Shown piece after piece: positions 1-15,300 of a DNA stretch of 64,000 nucleotides. Numbering within the stretch: position 1 is the stretch's first letter; each line of letters starts with the position of its first letter. A program made the position numbers and the translations under genes. Source of the DNA: Neocallimastix sp. 'constans' (lineage: Eukaryota); NCBI GenBank assembly GCA_050613775.1, contig JBODTK010000122.1, positions 310,001-374,000 on the forward strand, written 5' to 3'. The notes under the pieces were generated by a model. It was given only the letters and a program-made list of their open reading frames with translations. It was not told the DNA's origin and did not search any database.

Positions 1-1819
1 AATAATAATAATGAAGTAACAGCTAATACGACCATTAATAATAATGTGGATAATAATACTTCAACAACAAAAGAATCAAAAAAAAATATCCAAATTTCAA
101 ATGATTTAATTGAATTAGAAAATACTTTAAATAATTATGAAATAGATTATCAGAAATTAGAAAAGAAAAAGGGACCATTAATAATTGACCTATCAGAAAT
201 AAATAAATCTCAAGACCAAAATGAATCCAAAAATAATAATGAAGAAAAGAAAGATTCAAATCTTTTGAATGATAATGAAAATGATAATGAAAATGATAAT
301 GAATTATTTAAATCAACATCGACCTTTAATTTAACAAATGCTTCAAAGGATAGTCTTTTCCATAGTCAAGATGATATTAATAATAAAATTCAACGTCCAC
401 TAATTATTGAATTAGATTCTAATGGTCAAAATATGGATAATTCAGGTATGAAAATAGATACCCAAAAAGTAAAAGAATCAACAAAAGCTGCCAAAATAGA
501 AAAAGCTAATGTAACTGAAAATAAAGTGCCAAGATTAGATGAAAATGTTGAATGGATAGAAAAAAAATTACCCATAGTTAAATCATTAGATGGTAATATT
601 CCTATTAATAAAGTAGTTAATGAATTAAAACCATCTGAAAATCAAATGCAAGTAGATGAAGAAAAATTAGATTCTTTCTTTAAATTTTCAGAAGAAGAAA
701 ATCGTATGATGGCAAATCTTCCAAATATTGAGTGTAATTTTTTTTTTTTTTTTAATATATATTTAAAATAATTAATAATTTATTAAAATACTTTTAAAAA
801 ATATATTATTTATTTTATTATTAAAAATAATTAAACAATTAATAAATTGTTAATTATTATTATTATTATTTATTAATAATAGTTAATATTGTAAATGAAA
901 AAGCATTATATCTTGGTTTAGTTGATCTTCTTTATGCTTATAGTTATGACTATCGTACTACGGAAGGTGATTCAACTGTAGAATCTCCATGGACTATTGT
1001 TAATCTTAGTTCTTCTCTTTCATGTTTTGATACTTTTTCAACATTAAAAGACACGCTTATTGCTTGTATCCGTCGATCTCTTTGTTATCCATTATATCGA
1101 AATTTTGATTTATCAATGAAATGTATAATGGATGTTTATGTTCTTTTTAAATTAGGTAAAATTGCAATTCTTAAAGCTTTACTTCATATGAAGAAATTAT
1201 TTGAAAGTCAAGAAAGTTATTATATATATAATCGTTGTTGGATTGATGATTATTGTATTTGGGTTCAAAGATGCAGGTAAAAAAAAATTTTTTTTTCTCA
1301 AAAAAATTAACTTAAATTATATATAAAATTAAGATATAACGATAATATTAATTAAATAATTTTTTTTTTAATTTTTAATTTTTATTTTTTATTTTTTATT
1401 TTTTATTTTTTATTTTTTATTTTTTATTTTTTATTTTTTATTTTTTATTTTTTATTTTTTATTTTTTATTTTTTATTTTTTATTTTTTATTTTTTATTTT
1501 TTATTTTTTATTTTTTATTTTTTATTTTTTATTTTTTATTTTTTATTTTTTATTATTTATTATTTATTTTTTATTTTTTATTATTTATTTTTTATTTTTT
1601 ATTTTTTATTTTTTATTATTTTTTTTTTTATTATTTTTATTATTTTTTTATTTTTTTTTATTTTTTATTTTCTTTATCTTCCTATTATAGTAAAAAGAGA
1701 TTAAAGTCTTTAGCATCTGAATTACATACATTTAAAGTTCCAAAACAAGATATTGGTTTTGATTTAGAAGAATGTGAAATGATTGCAAAAGAAATTGATG
1801 CTATAGAAGAGGATGAATA

Positions 1820-1820
<1 letters not shown>
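1..1820 (+). CDS. SHQ1: SHQ1 H/ACA snoRNP assembly factor, 5'-truncated; exons <1-733, 883-1276, 1691-1820
   Basis: Spliced translation gives ALYLGLVDLLYAYSYDYRTTEGDSTVESPWTIVNLSSSLSCFD...IACIRRSLCYPLYRNFDL...WIDDYCIWVQ...DIGFDLEECE, typical of the SHQ1 C-terminal domain. GT-AG introns keep the frame; TAA at 1818-1820. Confidence 0.9.
1365..1670. repeat. (TTTTTA)n microsatellite in the last SHQ1 intron
   Basis: Directly visible hexamer array that degrades towards the 3' end. Confidence 0.9.
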
Positions 1821-1850
<30 letters not shown>

Positions 1851-2410
1851 CGTTAAGAGTACAATTATTATTTCTACTTATTACTATTTGCTTTAATATA
1901 TTAATAAATTAATGACTTATTTATTTATTTATTTATTTTATAAAAATAAAAATATTAATTAAATAATGAATAAAATTTTAGTAAAATTAGTTCAATGTTT
2001 AAAAAAAAATGTTAAAAAAAAAAAAAATATACACGTGTTGAAATATTAAAATTAATAAAATTCATTTTAATTTTTATACGTTTATTCATAAAAGTAATAA
2101 TAAAAATTTCGTATCGAACAATAATTTTATATTATTCTCATTATAAAAAATTTTTATTAAAATAAAAATAAATAAATAAAAAAAAAAAAAAAAAAAAAGA
2201 CAGATACCACTTCGACCATCGCAATAACAACAGTAATATAAATTTTTACATAACTTTTATTATGTATTTTTTTTTTTATTTTTTTATTTATAATAATTTT
2301 TATTTTTTATTTATAATAATAATAATAATTTTTATATATTTTAATTTTTTGATTTAATTTTTTTTTTATCTTTATTATTATAATTTTATATTTTATTATA
2401 TTTAATTTTT

Positions 2411-2452
<42 letters not shown>

Positions 2453-2622
2453 TTTTGCTTTTGTTTTTGATTATTTTGATTTAAACTTTTTATTGATGAA
2501 AAAATATATTTTTTTAAATGTATTGATTTGTGAAGTGTATAAATATAAAAATAAAAATTAAAAAAATAGTATAAAAATATTATTATAAAATGTGTATATA
2601 TATATATATATATATAATTTTT

Positions 2623-2657
<35 letters not shown>

Positions 2658-2705
2658 AAGAAAGAAAAAGAAAAAGCAAATAGATAATAAGTGATATTGA
2701 AAACT

Positions 2706-3145
2706 TATAAGAAATAGTCTGGTGCTGGTTTTTTAGCTGGAATACCTCTAGCCTCCTATAAATATATAAATAGTAAAAGTTTTCATTAATATTAATATTT
2801 CAATGAATTATTTGTTATATATATATATTATTCATACGAATTTTAACCAATAATAATAATAATATGTTATTTATTTTAGAATATTGTACCTGAGGTGCAG
2901 CTTCAAATATTCTATAATTTCTGTTTAAATGTTCATCTAATTCTAATATAGCCGCAACATTATTACATCGATAACAATAATTTGGCGCTGACCATACTGT
3001 AACTATTGTGTCTTTAAACATTGATTTATATCCCTCCATTACCAGTTGATGTGCCCTTGCAATTAATTCTAAATTATTTGCATGAATAAACTTTTTTTTT
3101 TATTCAAATATACATGAAAATAATTTGATAATTGGAATAATGATG

Positions 3146-3226
<81 letters not shown>

Positions 3227-4498
3227 TAATTAAAAAAAATAATGCATTATATTATTAATAATTTCATATTTTATATTATGTATGTATAAATGATTATTTT
3301 TTTCCTTCTTATTACATACTGATTCTACTACATCTCCTCCAAATAAATATCCAGCACCTCTAGGACTTAAACCCCATCCTTCTATTTCATCAGGATCAGA
3401 CCAAAGCAAATCACACATTGCACCATCATGTGGTACTTCTTGTTTTCTATCTATAGTTCTAATCTATAATAACAATTTAATTATTATATCATAAGTTTAA
3501 TATAATTAATAAAATTAAATTAAATATTATATTCTAACATATAAAATAATATTTTTTATTATATTATTTATTATCATATTATATTATATATATTTGTTTT
3601 TATTATTTATTGTGATATATATATTTTATTTTATTTACTTGATCAAGGGTATTTATAGATGGAGAAAGACCACCATGAACGCAAAGAATTCTGTCATCAA
3701 TAATAGCTGAAAGACTAAGATAATCGAAAATTTCACAACAATAACGCCAAACATTAACAGATGCATATTTACGAAGACATTCATCATAAAAACCATAAAC
3801 TTGAGTGATTTGACGGCTTTCATGATTACCACGAATTAAAGTAATACGATCTGGATATCTTACTTTAAGTGCTAATAATAATAAGAAAGTTTCAACACTG
3901 TAGAAACCACGGTCAACAAAATCACCTTTAATAATAAAATATATACATTTTTATTTTATTTTATTTTTTATTTTATTTTTTAAATTAATATATATATATA
4001 TATTATTTTAATTTAATGTTACTATATTAATATAATAGTATAGAAATAGCATTATATTATTCTTACCCATAAATAGATAATTTGTCTCTGGACATTCACC
4101 TCCAACTTTAAATAATTCTTTTAAATCATAAAATTGACCGTGAATATCACCACAAATCTTTAATATCATATTATTTATTTTTTAAATAAATAAATTAATA
4201 AATTAATATATATGCATTATGTTAATATGTTTAGTTTTATTATTATGTTTTCTAAAAAAAATGATTGCATACAGTTACTGGTGCATCAACACGTTGAACA
4301 TTACTTTCTTCGACTAAAATTTCACGAGCTTTGTTACACAAATCTTTTACTTCACTTTCTTTAATTACTTCACAACGCCTGAGTTGTTCAATTTGTCTTT
4401 ACACATATATATTGATATTTAAATTTTATATAAATTATTTATTATTATTCACATTAAATTGTTATATCAAGTTCATACCTATCTAAATCGCTTCCCAT
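2706..4498 (-). CDS. PPH3: Ser/Thr protein phosphatase 4 catalytic subunit (PP2A-like PPP family), multi-exon
   Basis: Spliced minus-strand translation: [16 protein letters not shown]..., [58 protein letters not shown], ending PAPDYFL*. The motifs [12 protein letters not shown] and DYFL favour PP4 over PP2A or PP6. Confidence 0.92.
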
Positions 4499-4654
4499 GA
4501 TTTTTTCTATAATTTTTTAAAAAGAAAAATAAATAAAAAATAAATAAATAATTATATATACATATAAAATTTCGTTAATATTATCTAAAATCTATATTAT
4601 ATTTATTGTAATATACAATATAACATTTTTGAAATATATTTTTATAAGAAAGTT

Positions 4655-4716
<62 letters not shown>

Positions 4717-5650
4717 CAAATTGTAATACATTTTAATATTTTCATTAGATGTACATAAATATTTAAACTTTTATATTTTAAATAAATGTCGGAATAATCT
4801 TATTAATTTTCCATTATTTTAATTTTTCAATTTTCTAAATTTTATATTTTTCTTTTTATTATATATATACACATCACTTTAATCATTCCTATTAAAGATT
4901 AAATTTCTTTAACAAAATTAGTAATAAAAATTAGCTAAAACTTATTTCTTGATGTAATACTTTTATAATATTCCAATGAATTCTATATATATTTTAAAAG
5001 AAAACATTTTTTTTTTTTTCGGTTTATTTGTTATTATTAATTATACTATTATTTTTTTTTATTCTTTTTTTTTTTTTTTTTTTTTTTTAATAAAAAAGTA
5101 TTATTGTTTTGTTTTGTTATTTTATTAATAATTTTAATTTTATTTAATTCTATCTTTAATTAAAACTAATTTGAAATTTTAATTTGGAAAAGAGTAATAA
5201 AAATGTATATATATATTTTATTATTTCATAAATTTCATCTGTTAATACTGATTGAATAATTCTTTAGTATTATATCAACTTTGCAGAGAAATACTATTAA
5301 AAAAATTTTTTTTTGTTATCTTCTCCTAATGATTACAATTTACTTCTTATGATTATTAGCTTCTTGTAACTCCTCTTGTATATTATTAGTTATGCTCCAT
5401 TTGTTTTCTTTTATTTGGTAAAAATACAATTTTTTTTATTATATAATTTTTATTTATTATATTCGTTGTATTATTGATTTTTTTTCTTTTTCCTTTTTAA
5501 TTTCTTTATTATTATTATTGTTATTATTAAAAAAAAAGTTTTTTTACATATTTAAATATTTATTTATATACCTAAATTATTTATTAAATATATACATTAA
5601 ACTAAAGAATTAATGAAATAATAATAATAAAAAATGATTTTAAATCGTTC

Positions 5651-5688
<38 letters not shown>

Positions 5689-5994
5689 AAAGAACGTTCT
5701 ATTATTATTATTCTGTTAATTTTCTTTCTTTTTTTTTTTTTTTTCTTTTTTCTTTCTTTTTATTATTATTATTATTATTATTTCTATTTAAATAAAGAAA
5801 AAAAAAAAAAAAAAGAAAAAAGAAAATTGTTTTATTTATGAAATTTAGATTTATTAAATTTTTGCTTAATAAAAAAAAAAAAGGGAAAATAATTATTTTT
5901 ATTATTAATTTAATAAAAGAATATTAAATATAAAAATAATAATTAATAATAATATAATTATTTAAAAAAATTGGTATTTAAAAAATAATACTAA

Positions 5995-6312
5995 ATACTA
6001 AATAAATAATAAATAATAAATAATAAATACTAAATACTAAATATTAAATAATAAATAATAAATAATAAATAATAAATAATAAATAATAAATAATAAATAA
6101 TAAATAATAAATAATAAATAATAAATAATAAATAATAAATAATAAATAATAAATAATAAATAATAAATAATAAATAATAAATAATAATAAATAATAAATA
6201 ATAAATAATAAATAATAAATAATAAATAATAAATAATAAATAATAAATAATAAATAATAAATAATAAATAATAAATAATAAATAATAAATAATAAATAAT
6301 AAATAATAAATA
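5995..6312. repeat. (AAATAAT)n heptamer tandem repeat
   Basis: Visible array; it produces the spurious ORF 6037-6351. Confidence 0.9.
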
Positions 6313-8905
6313 ATTGTTTATTGATTTTATTATTGATTTATGTTGTAGCAATAAAGTTTTATATTCTTATATTCTTTTTTTTTTTTTTTTTTTTTTAATT
6401 TAATATTATTTAATATTTCTGAAAAGTCATTCGTCTTATTTTTTAATCTATGTTATAATAGTAAATGTAATTAAATTATATTTAATAAGTCATTAAATTA
6501 AAATCTTTTTTATTAGATATTAATAATTTCAATTAGTTAATGGTACATATATTAATTTATTATTTTAATATGCATAATAAGAATTAAATTTTAAAGTTTT
6601 TTGATGCTTATAAAAATTTTAAATATTTATTAATAGAAAAAACTTCATTTTTTTTATATAAATAAATAAAATAAATATTTCCATCTCTATTGTAAAAATA
6701 TTTATTTTACTTTCAAATTTGACATATTGTTGTTATTTAACTGACATAAGCCCATAATATATCAAATTTTTCAAATTTGATTTTTATATAAACATTAGCA
6801 TAAACTAATATATATATTATTATTATTATTATTATTTTTATTATATTATAGTATATTAATAGAATTATTTTATTTTATAATTAAAAATAAAAGATGAAAG
6901 AAATAGATAATATATATAACTGTTTATATAAATGCATATATAATTCATAATGATAATATTAACTTGATTTTTTGTTTATTATTATTTAATTTATATTGAT
7001 TTTTAAATAATTTATATTATTTTAACTTTTAACAGTGATTTAAAATTTATTATGACTAATAAATAAATAATAATAATACATTATTCAATATAAACTTACA
7101 AATATAAATGATGTGGACTTTAAGAATATTTTATTTTTACTTTATTTTATTAAAATTTTATATCAATGGTTTATGGTCCAACAAAATTATCACGAAAAAT
7201 TAAATAAATAAATATTATAAAAATATATTGAATTAAATAATATAATAATTAATTTATGTTTTTGAATTTAATAATACAATGTTTTTTTTTGTTTTATTTA
7301 TTATATTATTTTTTTTAACCTCATATTCTATATATTATTATTATTATTTTTTTTTTATTTTTCATTTAAAAGTTTAATAATTATTTAAATTTAATAATTC
7401 GTTATAGAATAATAAAAAAAAACTTTTTTCTATAATTTTTATAAATATTGTATTTATTAACATAAGCAAATTTATTAATTTTGTGTTAAAAAAAAAGATT
7501 AATAACAATATCTTAAATTTTTTTTTAACAAAGTATTAATTTTATGATTTGATATTGTTGATAATATTACTTTCTAGTGATGTTGAATTATTAATAATAT
7601 ATATTTATTATAACTATAGGAATGTTATATCCTTTTTAAATAATAAACTATCTTGGATGAGAAGTGATTTCATTATTATTCATTTCTTGAAAATAAGTTA
7701 TCTCTTTATTGTTTATTTCTTGAAAATAAGTTATTATTACATCATAAACTAGAGTATAAGAAATCTTTAACCTTTTAATCAAAATTTAAAGTTAAAGTTT
7801 ATATTAAACTATATAAATCTAATCTTAAAATGTCACCAAAAATATAAAACTGAATTTCAAGCATAAATTTGTTCTTGAAAAATTAAACTTCATTTATTTA
7901 ATAATGAGGTAGTTATATAATATAGATCAAAAAAAAAAATAATAAGATGCTTTATAACAAATATGTTAAATTATTTAATAATTAAATAATGAATTAAAAT
8001 CTGTTTAAATTTTGCTCCTGTAATTTAATTTATTAATTTAAAATTTTATATATATGTATATTTATTAATTAATAGATTTTTCTAGTATTCATTTAATTTT
8101 TAAACTTAATTTAATATAATTTACTTGCCGAACTAATCCAATGATTTATTTTTCAAATTTAATTTTTTAATTATAAAATTAAGTTTTTAGTTTTTAGTTA
8201 TGAAAAAAATATATATTTATGTATTTTAATAAAAATATATATATATATATTATCAAATTTTGTAATAAGAGAAATATTAAAACATAGTTTAATAAAAATT
8301 AGAAGTTTAATAAATTAGATATAAAGAAAAACGAGAAAAGATTATATATAAATGATAATATACATTTAAATTTATTAATTGTGAATGGAAGACTAGAAGA
8401 CACTTAAATTTTTTGTAGGTTTTATGTGAAGTGAAAGTATACTATATTAATATATTTATTAATGTTAAATTACATTTTTTTCAATTTATTATTCAACTTC
8501 ATTAAAAAAAAAAAATAATTTTCAATTATGACTAAAATGATAAAAATTTTAATGCAAAATACTGTATTGAAATGAATATAAAATTATAAAATTTGTATAA
8601 TTAATTAATTAATAAAATAAATACATAAATAATTACTCATTATATTTTATATTATTCATGCTTTTTTTATTTCTTTTAATGTTTATAACCTATATAATTT
8701 ATTTTTAATCAAATTTAATTTTATATTATAAATTTTATAACAAATGATGTTTGTATCGAAATATATTTATTATTTCAATTATAGAAAAAATAATTTGGAA
8801 TATTTTAATCTCTGTATAAATAGAGATTAATTATAAAGCGATAAAAGGAGATTTCAATAATAAAGTTATATATACTTTTCATTCAATATATGAACTGTTA
8901 CCAAA

Positions 8906-10933
8906 ATGTTTGAATAATCATTAACTGATCTAATTCAAGGAATTAGAACAAAAAAAAAAAAAAAAAAATGAAGCAACATTTATTTCATTATGCTTAGAAG
9001 AAATTACAAGTGAATTAATAGTAATGATATTGATATTAAAGATGTAGCCTTACAAAAATTAACTTATGTATGCATTATTTAAATTGAACATTTCTTTATT
9101 GAGATAATTTTGGATTTTTAAACTAACATTTTATGAAATAATTATTAATTGAAATATATAAAAGTTAAATATGACAGGTTATGATATGACATGGGCAAGT
9201 TTCCACTTTGTAGAGGTTAATAAGTAAAAAAATACATTTCATTAAATTAAAAATTGAGGTTTCATATAAAGAAAAACATAATTAATAATGAACAAATCTC
9301 ATAATATATATATTTATTTAATTCTTATTCATAGTTACGATTTCACAAAATTTCAATATAAAAGAATTGGTTACCTTGTTGCAGCTCAATATTTTAACAT
9401 AAATACTGATGTTTTGATGTTATGTACCAACTTAATTAAAAAGTATTAAATTAAAGATAAAATTTTCCAATAATGAAAAACTAAATTACTAAGGAAAAAT
9501 AATAATAATAATAATAATAATAAAAATTACTGATAAAATAATCATTTAATATAATAAATAAATATTTATTAAAAAAGATTTATCATCAAATAAAATGTAT
9601 GAAACGGCACTAGCATTAAATGGATTGTTCCAAATAGTTACTCCTGATTAAGCTATAGAGATTTAATTGATGATCTTTTAAGAATGATGAATCATTTTCA
9701 ACCATATATTCGTAAAAGAATGGCTGTTTTACTTTATAAAGTTTCTTTTACAATATCCAGAAGCTTTAATCATAGCATATCCAAAATTACAAAAAAAAAA
9801 AAAAAAAAAAAAAATTAGAAGACAATCATCCTAGTATATTCAAAAATATAATAATAATATAATAATAACTATAATAATATTTTAATATTTTTAATAATAA
9901 TTATAATATAATAATAATAATAATTAAAATAGGTGTTGTTATAGCAACTGTCAGTGTTATATATGAATTAGCAACACATAATCCAAGAAATTATTATTAC
10001 TTCAACTTTATAATATTCTTACAATAACTACCAATAACTGGCTATTCAACATAATGGAAAAATTATTTCAATGGTAATAATAATAATGACATAATTTATA
10101 TATAATTTTATATATTAATATTACGAAGGTATATAAATAGGAATTCGCAAACTAATCACATGGTAAATATAGTCATTTTCTTTTGAAAAACAATATTGAA
10201 AATGAAATAATTAAAATAATAAAATTTGAAATTGCTGAAACAATGAAAACTCATATAATTAATCTTGATAATAAATTACCATTAATTATCTTACCAAATC
10301 AAGCTGTTACGATTGAAAAAAAAAATATAATGTTTTAAGTAGTATTATAATAAGCAATATTTCTATTCCTGCTTTTATTCAATATCAAGTAAATTATATA
10401 ATTAAATATTAATAAAATTATTAAAATAATTAACATTTTATTATTATTATTATTATTTAATACCATTATAATTTATTTCATATTATTTTATTTAATATTT
10501 TACCAGGATTTATCAGTAAATCCAAAAAATTATCAAGAATCGTTTAAACTTTATTTACCACTAACCATATATAAGAAACAGCCAAATTTTCCAATAACAC
10601 CTGATAATTTTATTGAAATTGTTTCTGATCCTTAAAAAATAACACAAAATGCAGTAGTTAAAGTTATAATGCCTTCAAATATTTCCAAAGCCCAAATTTA
10701 AAATATTTTAAGATATACCTCAGAGGATCTTCTTAAACTTCATGTAGTCGAGGTTGTGAATGGTACATCCACATTAGTAGGTCAAACAGTACAAGAAGAT
10801 ATTACAGTGTCATTATTAAAACAAACTATTAAAAAAACAGTGATAGTGTATTATCATTAAATATTAAAGGTGATAATGATGAATTGGTAAATGGTTTAGC
10901 TGATATTTCCCGAAACATCCTTCAATCCTTTAA
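8906..10933 (+). pseudogene. APL5: AP-3 complex delta subunit pseudogene (introns retained, stops and frameshifts, middle apparently missing)
   Basis: Fragments read MFE*SLTDLIQGIR, DIKDVALQKLTY, GYDMTWASFHFVEV, KRIGYLVAA, TDVLMLCTNLIKK, ETALALNGLFQIVTPD*A, MMNHFQPYIRKRMA, VVIATVSVIYELATHNPRNY and TTNNWL, all matching the delta-adaptin N-terminus. Coding-like sequence at about 10170-10933 may be the C-terminal part. Confidence 0.85.
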
Positions 10934-11118
10934 ATAATATATATATATATAATTATTAAGTATCTACTAATAAAAATGTATAATAAAATATAGTAGTTTT
11001 AATATAATTAATAAAAAATTAACTTCATATTAAATGATTCTAATTATAATAATAATAATAGTAGTAGTAATAGTAATAGAAATAGTAACAACTTTAGAAT
11101 AAAAATTAAAATTAAAAT

Positions 11119-11160
<42 letters not shown>

Positions 11161-11640
11161 AAATAAAAAAAAAAAAAAAAACATTTCAAAACAAAATAAA
11201 ATAGAATAAAAATTAAAGTAAAAGAAGAATTTTAATAAAACATTATAAATTTAGCTTTTATTAGATCATTTCATTAATATTTCATTTATTTTTTTTATTT
11301 AACAATCAAGTATTAATATATTATATATTATCTATATACATATAATTTTTTTTTGATACTATCGTTATTTTTATAAAATATAGATATAATAATAATAAAA
11401 ATAATAATAATAATAATTCTTATTATTATTCTTATTATTTTTAATATGTAATAGTGTTTAAGTGTAGAAAAAAAAAATTAATGTGTAATATGGTTATTGA
11501 TATTGATAATTTTAATATATATATATATATTGTTTTTGCTTTAAAAAATAAGATACATACAGTAAATATATATTAAATTATATAAAGATTTAAAAAATTT
11601 TTTTATCATTGTTTTTTTTATTATTATTTTAAATGTAAAA

Positions 11641-12272
11641 TTAAGTTGGTAGTGTCATTTTTGAGTTCTCTAATATATATTCACAACGTTGCATCATAGC
11701 TTTACTAGGTCCATCATTACTTAAGATAAATGATTTTTTGAAATGATTTAAAGCACCAATCCAATTTTTAGAATGAAATTCTGCTAAACCAAGCTCATAA
11801 CAAACTCCAGTTGTTAAAGTATCCTGTGATAATTCTTCTTTTTGAGATGATTCTATTGAATATACTGTTATATTTAAAAAAAAAGTAAAATGAAAAATAG
11901 AATTTTAATATATATTAATTGTTTATATCATTCTATTTATTAGGTTATTAGGTATTAACTATTTTTTAATAATTAAATATTAATTTATTTACAATCATAT
12001 TCTTTGTTTGATATATCAATTGAAAAGATTTTTCTTGTGTGAAACATATTTTTGGCAACTTCACAAACATTTTCAGTTACTAATAAATTAACATAAAATT
12101 TGGATGTATATTTTAACTGTTTTTCTAATACATCCATTATATCTATTTTAATTTAAAAATATTAATATAATTAAATATATTAGATAAAATAAAAGGAAAT
12201 AATAAATAGTTTTGTTTAAATATATTTAAATCAGTTTCATATCAAAAATTTACTTACTTCCATATATATTGA

Positions 12273-12312
<40 letters not shown>

Positions 12313-15300
12313 TTTTTTTTTAATATTTTAATTTAATAGAATTATGAATATTTATAATTTATTAATATATAAAAATATAAATAAAATATAATATATATAT
12401 ATATATTACAGTTTTACTATTAGTATTGATAACAGAAGTTATAGCTGGTCCAGATGTAATAGCTAATCCAAAATCAATTTCAGGATAAATATTTAGATCA
12501 TGATTAATGATTTCTTGATCTTTTAAAATTTCTTCTGCTGTATTTATAGCATTTTGAATATCATTTTGAGAAGGTGTAATCAAACCAAATCCTATAATAA
12601 TTTTTGACTCCTTCATTCTATATAAGCTCTTTTATAATGATATTATTAATTATTATTATAATATATGATTATTTAGATTATTTATATTATTTTTTTTGTA
12701 GATCTCTATTAATATAAATATAAATATTTTTATTAATAATTATATATAAATACTTACACCATTATTTTTAGCAGCTCTATTCATGACATAATTTAAATAT
12801 TTTTCAGTCAATTCAGTTAATCTTTCGGAAGTATCCATAGTTTGATAAATTTCATTAACTTTTTATTATGATAAGTTTTTTTTAATTAATTGTATAATTA
12901 ATATTTCAACTTTTTTGTAAACATGACCTTTAAAACGAATTAATTTTTATACTTACAATTTTTAATATAAATACCAAGTAATGTAATATCTTGATCTCTA
13001 TTTTTATTATTTTTATCTTTAGATTTCATATACTCTTTAACATTTGTTGAACCCATAATACTTTTTGTTAACAATATTGATATTTTTAAAAATATTAGTA
13101 ATTTACTATAAAAAAATACATATATATATATATTATTTAAATAATATTAAATTTATATAATACTTTTCTATAGTCATCATTGAACGTTTCTCAGTAGAAA
13201 CATTTTCAAAAGATACCATTGTAGTATTTTCTAATCCATAATCATTATTGTTGAGTAAAAAATTAATATTATTTATGTATCTTCCCATTGTATTTTTAAT
13301 ATTCATAATATGATCTTCTTTATCTTCTTCAATATCCTGAGATTCAAATAATTTATTAATTTTTAATTGAACCGAATCATTAAAAATACCATAATATTTT
13401 GGATCATCCTCTTTATTAAATCTTAAAACAGTATAATTAACATAAAATGGTTCACCATCATCACCACTCATGTCATAATTGTATGCATATGCAATTCCAC
13501 CTCTTCTTGAAATTTTGGTAATATCGGCTACTAACATGGGATATGATTCCAACCACTGAGTATATGATTTCTCTTGCATTAACTTAATTTCGTTATCATA
13601 AAACATCATATTTTTTTGGTTTATTGATTTTAGAGTTCCATCTGAATTTAATGTTAGTATTACATTGGGGAAATTTTCAACAATATTTCTAAAAATATTG
13701 TTATTTTTTTTTAATTCTTTAATTGTTTTCTTTAATAATTTATAAAAGAAAACTTTTTTAAGTAATGATGAAACTGTTTTTTTTTTTTTTAAATAAATAT
13801 ATTAGTATATATTAGTTATAATAATATTTAGTTAAATATATAATTTTAAATTGGTATTATATATATTTTATTTAATAATTACTAAGTGATGCATAATTAG
13901 AAATTAAAACTTCGTCCTTTACTGTATATGGTTTATTGTCAGGCAATTTATTTATTAATTGAAATACACCAATAACTTTTCCTTCGCTATTTTTAACTGG
14001 AACACATATCATAGTTTTTACTGTAATATTTTCAAATAAATCTATATAAAGTAAAATATAAATATAAATCAATATTTTATAATGTTTAGTTTGTAGTTAT
14101 AGAATTTATATATATATTAGTTTATTTACCATCTACTTCTTTATTATATAAAGGATGGTCCGAAACTAAATTGTGTAAAAAGTAAAATAATATGTTATTT
14201 ATTTTTTTATTAATTTATTTACTTTTTTATTATTTATTTATTATTTATTTATTATTTATTATTATTTATTTATTATTTATTATTTATTATTTATTATTAT
14301 CATAAATACCTTTGTGTGTTTTTATAGTTTTTCCATTGTGCATTACTTCACCTTTTTTTTTTTTTTTTTTTTAATGATTGTATTAATTTTATATTTTTTA
14401 TAATAATATTGATATAAATACATTATTATTAGCATTATAATAATAGGTTTTATACACAAAAAAATTAAATATTATTATTTTTTTTCCCTTTTCATTTATT
14501 TTAATATTTACCTACAATTCCTAAATTTGATTTGAAACTTTTTCTTTCATCATTCAATATAGTAAACATATTTTGTTTTACTTCATCTAAAACAAACAAG
14601 TGTCCATCTTGGGAGCTTGTAAGTTCTTTTAATAATGAGGCTGAAGTTTTTACTAATTCATCAATATTCATAATATTGTTTAAAATTTCAGTGGTTATAA
14701 ATACATTTTTAAAATTATCTAAATGCTTTTCCGAATTTTCTTGAATAAGACATTGACGTAAAATTATACTCCATATTGAACTCATTGTTTTTAAAATATA
14801 TTCATCCTCTACTGAAAAGTATGGTATATCGTTAATTTCATCTTTTTTGTTAATTACTTCTAATATACCAATTACTTTACAATTATCTGGTGCAAAAATA
14901 GGAGTAGAAAGAACGCATTTCATATCAATGCTATAGTGATTTGCAACTTCATTAGTATAATATTCTGAATTGTAAATATTGTAGGAATTAATAATCTTTT
15001 TATTTATTATATCTTTTCCAGCAAATATTGAACTTAATGGTATATTATTATTTAATTTGGATGGGGATGTATTTTCAGTGTTTGAACTTGAAAATAACCA
15101 ATTTGAAGCCTGAATAGATACACTATTTCCTTCTTCAACATTAAGACTATAGCAACAAATATATTTTCCATTTACAATTTTACATATAGATTTAATTAAT
15201 AATAATAAATCTTTTTTTAAATCATTTTCCATCATGATTTTATTTACATCTTTCAAAAAAGTTTGAATTTTTTTACATCGATCACATGCAAATTCTAAAC

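Noticed and set aside
5200..5420. Coding-like patch upstream of the PP4 gene
   Set aside because: Stops in the frames examined and no recognisable motif.
5646..5696. Inverted repeat CGTTCTTTTA...TAAAAGAACG around (TTA)n
   Set aside because: Only about 10 bp, with no clear target duplication or second copy; insufficient for a MITE call.
7682..7735. Short direct duplication ATTTCTTGAAAATAAGTTAT
   Set aside because: Two copies only; ordinary slippage duplication with no supported function.
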